From an uncultured bacterium (GTDB lineage: Bacteria > Auribacterota > Erginobacteria > Erginobacterales > Erginobacteraceae): a stretch of 64,000 nucleotides of DNA. The first letter of the stretch is position 1. The number at the start of each line of letters is the position of its first letter. This document shows, piece by piece, positions 1-8,002 of this stretch. The position numbers and the translations under genes are program-made. The stretch spans positions 155,578 to 219,577 of the forward strand of contig CAWGIE010000010.1 in the NCBI GenBank assembly GCA_963822585.1, read 5' to 3'. A model generated the notes under the pieces. That model had not been told where the DNA came from. It did no database searches and was given only the letters and a program-made list of their open reading frames with translations.

Positions 1-2
1 AT

Positions 3-521
3 GGAGGACTGATCCCTATTCTTCATATCAGTGCACACGGATATAGCGAAGGCATCCAGCTTTCAGACAATACAGTGATACCCTGGGCCAATCTTAGACA
101 ATTCCTTGCTCCTATTAATACTGCATTGAAAAATGGTCTACTTGTTTGTTTGTCTTGCTGTGAGGGGTATTCTGGCACTCGAATGGCCATGTTTATAGAA
201 GACAAAGGCTATCCATTCTATGCAATAGTAGCTAACTCCGAAAAACCTCTTTGGTCAGAAACAGCTGTTGCGTATTCAACTTTTTATCACTTACTTTCTA
301 AAGGTGAATTCATTGTCGATGCAGTTAATGCAATGCGAATAGCGTCAGGAAACAAGACTTTTTGGGTAGAAACTGCAGAGCAATCTAGACAAGGTTATCT
401 AGAATACATCAGGAAAGTCAACGTTCCTGATGCCCAAGAACAACTTGAAGAAAAAGTGTCACAGGAAGAACCAACCCATCTTGCAATGCTACGCAAGGTT
501 GGGGAAGAGATAAAGCCATAA
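3..521 (+). CDS. CHAT/caspase-like peptidase domain protein, 5' end cut by window edge
   Basis: Frame of listed ORF 75..521 (GTG at 75) stays open back to nt 3 (GGLIPILHISAHGYSEGIQ...). HISAHG (His-Gly) and LLVCLSCCEGYSG (Cys) resemble the CHAT/caspase His-Cys dyad. Motif-level call only. Confidence 0.45.
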   Translation, partial: GGLIPILHISAHGYSEGIQLSDNTVIPWANLRQFLAPINTALKNGLLVCLSCCEGYSGTRMAMFIEDKGYPFYAIVANSEKPLWSETAVAYSTFYHLLSKGEFIVDAVNAMRIASGNKTFWVETAEQSRQGYLEYIRKVNVPDAQEQLEEKVSQEEPTHLAMLRKVGEEIKP

Positions 522-742
522 CGAGCTAATCCCCCGGACTCTCGTTCCTCGGGTCGGTGATCTTTGCGTTGAGCCGTCGCTCGCGCGTTGGCTCAATATG
601 ACGCTGCTTTGCCAGCGTGCGGATGATCCTTACTTTGTGCGGCCCAATCATGCTCTGGATCCTTCATCAGTCGCAAGGCGCCTCATTTTCAGAGTGGGTC
701 CGCTTCAGTCGAGGCTCAGCGCCACGTTAGACGAGCAAGAAG
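522..742. repeat. attC-like intergenic repeat, island-1 family copy A (ends ...GTCGAGGCTCAGCGCCACGTTAGAC)
   Basis: Shares TGCTT(T/C)GCCAGCG..GCGGCCCAA(T/C)CA and GTCGAGGCTCAGCGCCA blocks with copies at 1676-1860 and 2690-2880. Terminal CGTTAGAC fits an integron core site GTTRRRY. Confidence 0.5.
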
Positions 743-1675
743 ATGAAAAGAAAGCTTGAGAAATCACTGCAGGCAAAACGTGAATCGAAGCACATCGATT
801 TTAAAGAGACCTTTGATCCAGCATCCAAAGCTGATTGGTGCGAGATATTGAAGGACATAGTCGCAATGGCGAACTCAGAAGGAGGAGTAATTCTGATTGG
901 GCTGAATAATAATGGAAACCCCACCGGATCAGATGTGTCAGATATACTACAACTGGATTCAGCCTGCATTCCCGATAAGATTTATTCATACACAGAAATT
1001 CATTTCTCAGATGTGGAAATCTTGGAACTACATAAAGGGGGATACCAATTGGCGGCAATCGATATCGGTTCTGCCAAAGTCCCAATGGTTTTTGCAAAAC
1101 CCGGCACCTACGCCATATCAACTAAAGAGCAGAAAACGGCTTTCAGTCGAGGAACGATTTACTTCAGACACGGGGCGAAAAGCGAACCTGGTAACACGGG
1201 GGATCTCACTAATGTGATGGAATACCGACTAAGGGAAATCAGGAAGGAATGGATGGCTGGTGTGCGAAAAGTTGTCCAGGCACCAGTTGGATCAAGTGTC
1301 AACATTCTTCCCCCTGATGTGCATGAAACAGATTCGCCACAGGCAACCCCGATTAGAATTGTTGACGACCCGACTGCTCCCAGATATCATATTGTGGATC
1401 CAAATAAAACACATCCACATCGTCAGATGGATGTAGTCAAAAAACTGAATGGAAGGCTGAAGGGCAGAGATCCCATCAAGTCATACGATGTTTTCGCTGT
1501 GAGGCGAATGCAGGGCACAGATAAGCAGATCAAGTTCTACTATAAACCTACTTTCGGGTCTCCTCAGTATAGCCCAGCATTCGTTGAGTGGCTTGAGACA
1601 TGCTATTATAAAGATCCCGATTTTTTCAAAAAGGCACGCAATTTTATGTCAAAACAGCAGAGGAAAATCATCTAA
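743..1675 (+). CDS. AlbA_2 (Schlafen-like, divergent AAA / putative DNA-binding) domain protein
   Basis: N-terminal ESKHIDFKETFDP...EILKDIVAMANSEGGVILIGL matches the AlbA_2 signature (E.K..FD....i.k.i.AfaN..GG.l.iG). The C-terminal half is unknown. Confidence 0.65.
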   Translation: MKRKLEKSLQAKRESKHIDFKETFDPASKADWCEILKDIVAMANSEGGVILIGLNNNGNPTGSDVSDILQLDSACIPDKIYSYTEIHFSDVEILELHKGGYQLAAIDIGSAKVPMVFAKPGTYAISTKEQKTAFSRGTIYFRHGAKSEPGNTGDLTNVMEYRLREIRKEWMAGVRKVVQAPVGSSVNILPPDVHETDSPQATPIRIVDDPTAPRYHIVDPNKTHPHRQMDVVKKLNGRLKGRDPIKSYDVFAVRRMQGTDKQIKFYYKPTFGSPQYSPAFVEWLETCYYKDPDFFKKARNFMSKQQRKII

Positions 1676-1860
1676 CAAACGGCTACAGTGGACGGCTCAC
1701 ATCCGCCGTGATCCGTGGCGTTGCTTCGCCAGCGAGTTGTCGGTCCGCGCTTCACGCGGCCCAACCACACACTGGAGCTTACGCCGGTCACTGGCCCGCT
1801 TCCTCTGGGGTTGGTTCACTCCTGTCGAGGTTTAGCGTTACGTTATAGTTACTTCTATGC
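1676..1860. repeat. attC-like intergenic repeat, island-1 family copy B
   Basis: Starts TCTAACAAACGGCTACAGTGGAC right after the stop. Contains TTGCTTCGCCAGCG...GCGGCCCAACCAC. Ends GCGTTACGTTATAG. Confidence 0.5.
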
Positions 1861-1931
1861 TTTTAAATACGGTAACACCGCACCGAGTTTCATTTCGTCG
1901 ACTGGGGTGGAATCGAAGGAGGTACTGACGA

Positions 1932-2680
1932 TGAGTCAGGTGAACAGCAATGCAAAGAACCATAGAATCTCAATTCGCTGGTCCCGCGTGGATGCCCTCC
2001 TGCGAATAGGCCTGGCATTTCTCGTAATTTCAGGTCTTTTGGTCACTTTTCGCGAACGGATCGTCCTCGTCTGCAGCCACAGTGGCTTGATTGACTTCCC
2101 GATTCTCCACCTGTCGGTTCTGCTTCTCGTCTGCGTTTTATTCTTGATTGTTCAATGGTTCCGTGCCTGCTACGGCGAGATCGTGATGCTTCGCTCATAC
2201 CTAGAGGACTATGTACCTCAAATCCCCAGCGGTGGTTACTACACAGTCGTTCTCACTGCTCTCTTTCTTGGAACCATGGGTTATTTCTCGCCGCGGATCC
2301 TGATATTCTCCGCCATCTTCGTCTGTTATAACCTGTCCGACATTTGGGGCCAGTGGTATATGATAACGCGATTCCGGATCATGATCAAAAGCATGAAAAC
2401 GTCCATTCCCTCCGATGATACCCGTTGGCGTGACTGGCGGATTATTGAGACCTATTATCTTGGAAGGCCTCACATCCGGCGTTGCATCATCATTCTCGTT
2501 TGTTCTATCATCTGCGTAGTGCTCTCGACCCTTGCACTATTTCCAGATTTCGCTGGATCCTCCCGTATGCTTACCATCATCGCCTATGTTATCATGATAC
2601 TCAACATCGCGGTATCAGAGGCGATCATCATGAATTGGAGACGAATTCGCGACCGGGACCTAGAAGAGACCTACGCATGA
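1932..2680 (+). CDS. polytopic membrane protein (5-6 TM), unknown family
   Basis: ATG at 1932 is preceded by GGAGG 8 nt upstream. The protein is hydrophobic (LAFLVISGLLVTF, LLLVCVLFLIVQWF, IIILVCSIICVVLSTLALF). The listed longer ORF from 1715 reads through the upstream repeat. Confidence 0.6.
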
Positions 2681-2689
2681 TGCATGTGT

Positions 2690-2880
2690 GTCAAAGAACT
2701 CCAATAGGCCGTTGAACCAACTCAGTTCCGCTACGTGGTCCCAACTGATTAACGTAGTGCTGCTTCGCCAGCGTGCGGCTAATCCGAGCTTCGCGTGGCC
2801 CAACCACGTGTTGAATCCTTCGCCGCTCACGCCTGCGCCCCCTGCGGGGTCGCTCCGTGCGCGTCGAGGCTCAGCGCCAT
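2690..2880. repeat. attC-like intergenic repeat, island-1 family copy C
   Basis: GTGCTGCTTCGCCAGCGTGCGGCTAATCC...GCGTGGCCCAACCACGTG...GTCGAGGCTCAGCGCCA, co-linear with copies A and B. Confidence 0.5.
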
Positions 2881-2978
2881 CCCCCCAGACCCCCGCGGCT
2901 CTTGCCCCGAGATAGCCAAGCTATTTTTTGGGGTTACATCACGGGTGAATCAGTCCAGCAGCCACCCATTCCGGAATA
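2881..2978. repeat. second short repeat element (CCCCGAGATAGCsAAGCTATTTTTyGGG...GGGTGAATCAGTyCAGC)
   Basis: About 90% identical to 14712-14800. The similarity extends beyond any ORF stop, so it is DNA-level and not coding conservation. Confidence 0.5.
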
Positions 2979-3208
2979 TAGTAGTCGGCATGACCGCCGG
3001 CATGAAAGTACCTGAGCCCGGAGTTCTTCTTTTCAATCCACCCGGAATTGGTTGCGTGAATTGAGCCATAATGAAATTCACCACGGTCATTTTGCTCAAA
3101 ACCAGGGTCATCACGCGCCCGGGTTTGTCTTGACATGCCGGGATCTTTTTGCTGAAATGTAAGAAAAGAACTTCGGTATAACTTATCGTTAGTCTTAAAG
3201 ATATTGAT

Positions 3209-4036
3209 ATGGCAGTTCCTATCATAGAAGTGGACGACATCCTGGCGCACTATTTGTCACCGCGCCACATCGGCGGGGGCGGACAGAAACTCGTCTTCGT
3301 GGTCAATGATGCGCACCGAGGAGAACTCGTTCTGAAGATTGGCGGCTATCGCTCGCAGCAGGCCTTACAAAGAGCCCAAAGAGAAGTCTCCACTTTGTCG
3401 GGCATAAGTTCACAGTACTTCCCGGAACAATATGGCTTCGAGATCATTGATGACCACAGGTATGCGATCACGGAGGAATACCTACCAGGCGTGTCACTCG
3501 CCGCCGTCGTTGCGGATTTTGCCGCCGAGCCCAAGCTCATCAACCTCCTGCTTCATCTCACTCGCGGCCTCTCCGAGTTGTGGCGCAGACGAGTGGTACA
3601 CCGCGACGTAAAACCGGCAAATATCCTAATCACACCAACCGGACCAAAGATAATCGATCTCGGCATAGCGCGTCTCTTAGACTGTACATCCCTTACGCAC
3701 TCCTTCGCTCCCATCGGGCCATGCACTCCGGCATACGCCTCACCGGAGCAATTGCGCAATCGCAAACGAGACATAGACCACAGAAGTGATCAATTCAGTT
3801 TGGGTATCGTGAGCGCTCAACTTGCTATGAGTGGAACTCACCCCTTTGACACGCATCTAATCGGCGGTGACAGTGTGCCCGAGAACATTCTGGGGGGACG
3901 CTGGGCGCGGGATAACATAGCCGCTCGCGTTTCTGATCCGTTGCTCGCAGTCGTTACTCGACTTCTGGCGCCAGAACCATACATGCGATATAGAAGAGGT
4001 AAGGACATTCTGGATTCCTTGGAGAAGGCACTATAG
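3209..4036 (+). CDS. Hanks-type Ser/Thr protein kinase (minimal kinase domain only)
   Basis: Catalytic loop HRDVKPANIL. DLG (DFG variant) in IIDLGIA. Activation-loop end YASPEQ. Gly-rich IGGGGQKLVF and lysine context VLKIG. Confidence 0.8.
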   Translation: MAVPIIEVDDILAHYLSPRHIGGGGQKLVFVVNDAHRGELVLKIGGYRSQQALQRAQREVSTLSGISSQYFPEQYGFEIIDDHRYAITEEYLPGVSLAAVVADFAAEPKLINLLLHLTRGLSELWRRRVVHRDVKPANILITPTGPKIIDLGIARLLDCTSLTHSFAPIGPCTPAYASPEQLRNRKRDIDHRSDQFSLGIVSAQLAMSGTHPFDTHLIGGDSVPENILGGRWARDNIAARVSDPLLAVVTRLLAPEPYMRYRRGKDILDSLEKAL

Positions 4037-4046
4037 GGGATCGCTA

Positions 4047-5222
4047 ATGACCGCACTATTTCATCAATTGGGACATAGATTTCAGTGGAGTCTTGACAGC
4101 CTCACAGACGAAGGAACTGGTGACGGTGCTATTATCGGACCGCGATATATGGACCGTTCCTGTGTTACGAGACTGCCAGATGCAATCAGGACCGTATCTT
4201 TATTCGACCCTCAGTTCTTCCTGCCCCAATCTGCGCAGGGTAAGCTCTCAACATATCCTTTCTTCCCTCAAGTGATTGCCGGGGGATTTGCGACTACCGA
4301 ATGGGACGAAACGCTCGGAGATCGATGTGCGCAGGAGTGCTTGCGATTCCAGGACGAATGTGCATTTGGTAGTCTTGTCATTCCCGGCCGGTTCTATGAT
4401 GGCATGCCATCCGATTTTGTCGAGCGACAGGAAACCCAATTTGTCCGACCATTCATGGAGGCAGCCGAAAGGCTCGGACTGCGTCGGCCAATTCTTCTGC
4501 AGTTGATCGTTACAGACCAGATGCTCCGCGATGAAAGATATCAGGCTGACTTGCTTAACTGGGTCACATCATTCCCCGAACTTGCAGGGGTTTATCTCAT
4601 CTACCACGTGCATAACCGCAGAAAACAGATCGATGATATTGACTTCCTGATAGGTGTTTTACAGTTCTGCCGGTCGCTTAAGCAAGCCGATCTGCGCGTG
4701 GTTGTCGGGTATACCAACACAGAAGCGATCCTCCTCTCATGTGTCGAAGTCGACGTCGTATCAATGGGGGCTTACGAGAACTTGAGGATGTTCAGCACAA
4801 CAGCCTTTGAGGAAAGGGATGAGAGCCCACGCCGCGGGCCGAATGCCCGAGTATACATACCGCGGCTTCTTCAATGGGTTGAGTATCCATACCTTGGTGC
4901 TATTCGGCGCGTGGTTCCAGACATCGATGCCTACATCCACGATAACGAACATCGGGTTGAGATGTTTTCCCCTATCTACAACTGGCATTTTACAAAGCCG
5001 CATCCGTATAAGCACTTCTTTGGTGCCTTTGCCGATCAATTTCGGCGAATATGCTCTACAACGGGAGCCCTTCGGATTGACGCGGTGGTCCAGGAGTGTG
5101 AGCGGGCAATACAAGAGTATGACCAATTGTCCAGATCGGGCTTGGTTTTTGATCCCGAAAGCGCTGGCACGCACATCCCGAGATGGCTTACCGCACTGAA
5201 TCTGTGGCGGCGCACACTATGA
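4047..5222 (+). CDS. hypothetical protein (391 aa), no recognisable family, operon partner of the kinase
   Basis: Starts 10 nt after the kinase stop. Intermediate GC like the rest of the island. No motif recognised. Confidence 0.6.
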   Translation: MTALFHQLGHRFQWSLDSLTDEGTGDGAIIGPRYMDRSCVTRLPDAIRTVSLFDPQFFLPQSAQGKLSTYPFFPQVIAGGFATTEWDETLGDRCAQECLRFQDECAFGSLVIPGRFYDGMPSDFVERQETQFVRPFMEAAERLGLRRPILLQLIVTDQMLRDERYQADLLNWVTSFPELAGVYLIYHVHNRRKQIDDIDFLIGVLQFCRSLKQADLRVVVGYTNTEAILLSCVEVDVVSMGAYENLRMFSTTAFEERDESPRRGPNARVYIPRLLQWVEYPYLGAIRRVVPDIDAYIHDNEHRVEMFSPIYNWHFTKPHPYKHFFGAFADQFRRICSTTGALRIDAVVQECERAIQEYDQLSRSGLVFDPESAGTHIPRWLTALNLWRRTL

Positions 5223-5740
5223 AGAGAAACAAGTCAGAGTTTCATTCAGAGAAGAAGCTTTCTCGCATGTTCCAAGCTGCACGGGTGATCAAGAGCAAAA
5301 TGCGTTACCACAATTGGGAGTCGTGGGAGGCGCATGAGCTTCAAGGTCTATTTGGCGTCCCCGACAACCTTCTGGTCTTGTGGAAGTCAAAACGCTCCGG
5401 CAATCGCGTAGTTCGCACCGTCGCATTCGAAATCAAACGCGAGAAGTGGCCCAGAGCACTTATTCAAGCCTACAAGTATCGCGCCTTTGCCGACTACTCT
5501 TTCGTTGTAATGGACGCGGCTTTCGTGCACAGAGCGGTAGCTGCAATCGATAAGTTCAAATGCGCGAACATTGGTCTGCTTTCTGTTTTCAAGACAGGAG
5601 AAGTTGAATGGCATCATACTCCCCGTCTCTGTCGCCCATATTCCGACAGCGCGAGGACTTTCTTGCGAGAGACAATCCACGCTCACCTGTTTAATGTCCC
5701 TAGACGCAACGGAGGCCCAACAATCAAATGGACCGTATAG
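5219..5740 (+). CDS. hypothetical protein with PD-(D/E)xK-like nuclease motif
   Basis: ATGA overlap with the previous stop (5219-5222). VPDNLLVLWKSK...VAFEIKREKW...ALIQAY resembles a PD...E-x-K core (Hjc/NucS-like). Inference only. An alternative start at 5183 exists. Confidence 0.5.
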   Translation: MKRNKSEFHSEKKLSRMFQAARVIKSKMRYHNWESWEAHELQGLFGVPDNLLVLWKSKRSGNRVVRTVAFEIKREKWPRALIQAYKYRAFADYSFVVMDAAFVHRAVAAIDKFKCANIGLLSVFKTGEVEWHHTPRLCRPYSDSARTFLRETIHAHLFNVPRRNGGPTIKWTV

Positions 5741-5797
5741 TGAACACGCTGTGTGTTTACTGAAGGTCATTTGCGTCATTGGCGCAGAAGAAAGAGA

Positions 5798-6724
5798 ATG
5801 AACACCAAAGCACTCACACGACTCACGGCTCGCCAGTTTGAAAATCTCGTTTACGATCTTCTCGTGGCACTGGGACTACGCAATGCTGCATGGCGCACAC
5901 CAGGACGAGACGCCGGTCGCGATATAGAGGGCGAGTACTTTACTGCTGACATATCGGGAAGTTATGTGAAGCAAAAATGGTATATTGAATGCAAGAAGTA
6001 CAAGTCCTCGGTATCGTGGCCAACCGTACGTGAGAAGTTGAGCTATGCCGAGGCTCAAGCGGCCGATTGCCTTTTTGTCGTGACGACTAGCACCATATCC
6101 CCTCAGTGTCTGGATCAGATCGAGCAATGGAATCATGCTCATTCTAGACCGCAAATCCGGCACTGGGGGAGACACGAGTTATCAAATGCCCTTTTTCGCT
6201 TCCCTCACTTGCTCATCAAGTACCGCCTTCGTGCGCCTCTTCCCGAGATCCGCGCGCGTGCATTTCTAGACTTATCCAAAATCGCACTCAAATATATCTA
6301 CTCTGCCCACTCCGCCAGCGTGTTTGATCGAAGCCCGATGGACTATCTTGAAACCGCATCGATACTCTCCGACTTGATAACGCAGAAACTCAGTCAACTC
6401 GAGAGTACTGGCGTCCTATCAAACGAGCATTTTCATGTCGATCAAGACTCTTTTGAATGGATAAAAGTCATAGGGCAAGTGCCACTCTATTTTGACACGT
6501 ACACTATTCGCGCAATCATCGCTGTCGCTCGACAGATTGCGATGGCGAGACTTGTCACGCTCTGCGTCGTTGGCGATCATAGGCTTGAATTGTCGGGTGA
6601 TCCCTCTTTCCGCACACCTACGGAATCCCAAGAGGCTGATCTCCGCGCGATTGCCTCATGGGGAGACCTTGAATTGGAGTTCGATAACGCCACAATCGCA
6701 ATTGTCGGAAGGAACCACATATGA
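5798..6724 (+). CDS. Mrr_cat-type restriction endonuclease domain protein with unknown C-terminal domain
   Basis: FENLVYDLLVALGL...GRDAGRDIEG...WYIECKKYKSSV...VREKL...LFVVTTSTIS matches the Mrr N-terminal catalytic domain pattern (D..E.K). The ATG at 5798 is preferred over the GTG at 5753. Confidence 0.65.
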   Translation: MNTKALTRLTARQFENLVYDLLVALGLRNAAWRTPGRDAGRDIEGEYFTADISGSYVKQKWYIECKKYKSSVSWPTVREKLSYAEAQAADCLFVVTTSTISPQCLDQIEQWNHAHSRPQIRHWGRHELSNALFRFPHLLIKYRLRAPLPEIRARAFLDLSKIALKYIYSAHSASVFDRSPMDYLETASILSDLITQKLSQLESTGVLSNEHFHVDQDSFEWIKVIGQVPLYFDTYTIRAIIAVARQIAMARLVTLCVVGDHRLELSGDPSFRTPTESQEADLRAIASWGDLELEFDNATIAIVGRNHI

Positions 6725-7461
6725 ATGACAGTGTCGCATCAGGCGCACTCCATTTGCTGTCTAACTTCACGCATCAAGTCATAAATCCATTAAATGGGGT
6801 GATCGGCACACTTGATAATATCATTGACGGCACTATCAGTGGCGAAAGGGTCGATCAGAGGCTTCGAAGCTCTCGTGGGCAGTTGGAGTGTGCCGTGTCG
6901 TTGGTTCGAAACCTTGTCTTTTTCGCAGAGTATTCGGCAGACTACTCGTACGCGAAGCAGGCAAAGACAGACAAGATTTGCATCATCCCGCAATTAGTAA
7001 TTGAATCGGCGATGTTCTTCCAGGAATCTGGTGTCGCTCTCGGAGTTAAGATTGAATTACAGAATCGCCAAATCCAGAATGCTGTTCATGGGAATCCGGA
7101 TCTTCTTCGTCAAGTGTTCATGAATATCTTCGATAATGGAATCAAGTATGGAATTAATCCCTCAGTGATTGAGGTGAAGAATTGGATTCAAAAGGAGTCG
7201 CGCTCACTGATTATTACTGTCGCTGGCAGGAGTGTAGGTTTCGAGAAGACAGAAGATATTTTTGCCCTTGGCATTAGAGGGAGAGCGGCGCAAGAGAGGA
7301 CATCATCAGGCAGCGGTCTTGGCCTTAGTATTTGTCGACTCATAATCGAAAAAGTGTTCAATGGGAGGATTGCTGCCCAGCACAGTCCCAAGACAAAGAT
7401 GACAACATTCGAGATCCGAATACCAAATGCATTCGAACATAGGAGTGATCGCCTTGAATAA
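6721..7461 (+). CDS. sensor-less cytoplasmic histidine kinase (DHp + HATPase_c only)
   Basis: The H-box HQVINPLNGVIG lies at residues 18-29, so there is no room for a sensor or TM domain. N-box FDNGIKYG and G2-box GSGLGLSI are present. The start overlaps the upstream stop (ATGA at 6721). Confidence 0.8.
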   Translation: MNDSVASGALHLLSNFTHQVINPLNGVIGTLDNIIDGTISGERVDQRLRSSRGQLECAVSLVRNLVFFAEYSADYSYAKQAKTDKICIIPQLVIESAMFFQESGVALGVKIELQNRQIQNAVHGNPDLLRQVFMNIFDNGIKYGINPSVIEVKNWIQKESRSLIITVAGRSVGFEKTEDIFALGIRGRAAQERTSSGSGLGLSICRLIIEKVFNGRIAAQHSPKTKMTTFEIRIPNAFEHRSDRLE

Positions 7462-7918
7462 CAAGAACGACACTGTGATGATTTTGGACGACGAACCTCA
7501 GCATCAACAATGGCTTGTGGAGTTTATCGAGAGCAAGAATTATCGCGTCGAATCGGCCATGAACCTTGAGCAGGCTGAGGCATTGCTGCGACAGAATAAA
7601 TATCGGTTTGTTGTCATCGATTTGAATGTTCCGGCCCAAGGCTCATCTGCACGGGTTCTGATGAATGAGGGGGCTCTTGCACGTAGATATCCAGGTATAG
7701 TGGCGGCCCAACTGGCGCGAAACCTAGGATATAGAAATCGCCAGGTGGTTCTGTACTCAGTGCATAACTCTGATGAAGTGCGAAAGGAAGCCGCGAGGAT
7801 CGGCGTGCGTTATATCCTAAAGGGGCGCCCGAAGGAGTTTAAGGAAGAAGTTGAGTCAATCCTTCAACGTGATCCAAGTTCTTCAAGAGTGCCAACAAGC
7901 TCTTCCACTCGTATATGA
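7427..7918 (+). CDS. stand-alone response-regulator receiver (REC) domain protein
   Basis: VMILDDEP...RFVVIDLNVP...VVLYS has the acidic pocket and conserved Asp pattern of REC. There is no output domain. The start could be the internal ATG at 7478. Confidence 0.7.
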   Translation: MHSNIGVIALNNKNDTVMILDDEPQHQQWLVEFIESKNYRVESAMNLEQAEALLRQNKYRFVVIDLNVPAQGSSARVLMNEGALARRYPGIVAAQLARNLGYRNRQVVLYSVHNSDEVRKEAARIGVRYILKGRPKEFKEEVESILQRDPSSSRVPTSSSTRI

Positions 7919-8002
7919 ACCCCGCCACGGGGTTCGCGCCAATGAAGCGCAACGTTGAACGTCTGAATGTTGCCGGGAACCGGGGATAAAGGTTGAGCAC
8001 TT

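Noticed and set aside
1715-1931. Upstream extension of the membrane-protein ORF (listed 1715..2680)
   Set aside because: The extension is a translation of attC-like repeat copy B. ATG 1932 has a canonical GGAGG RBS.
2939-3250. 103-aa minus-strand ORF between repeat copy C and the kinase gene
   Set aside because: It overlaps the kinase start by 40 nt and has no RBS. Its 3' end lies in a repeat whose DNA similarity to 14712-14800 continues past the stop. It is kept only as a low-probability small gene.
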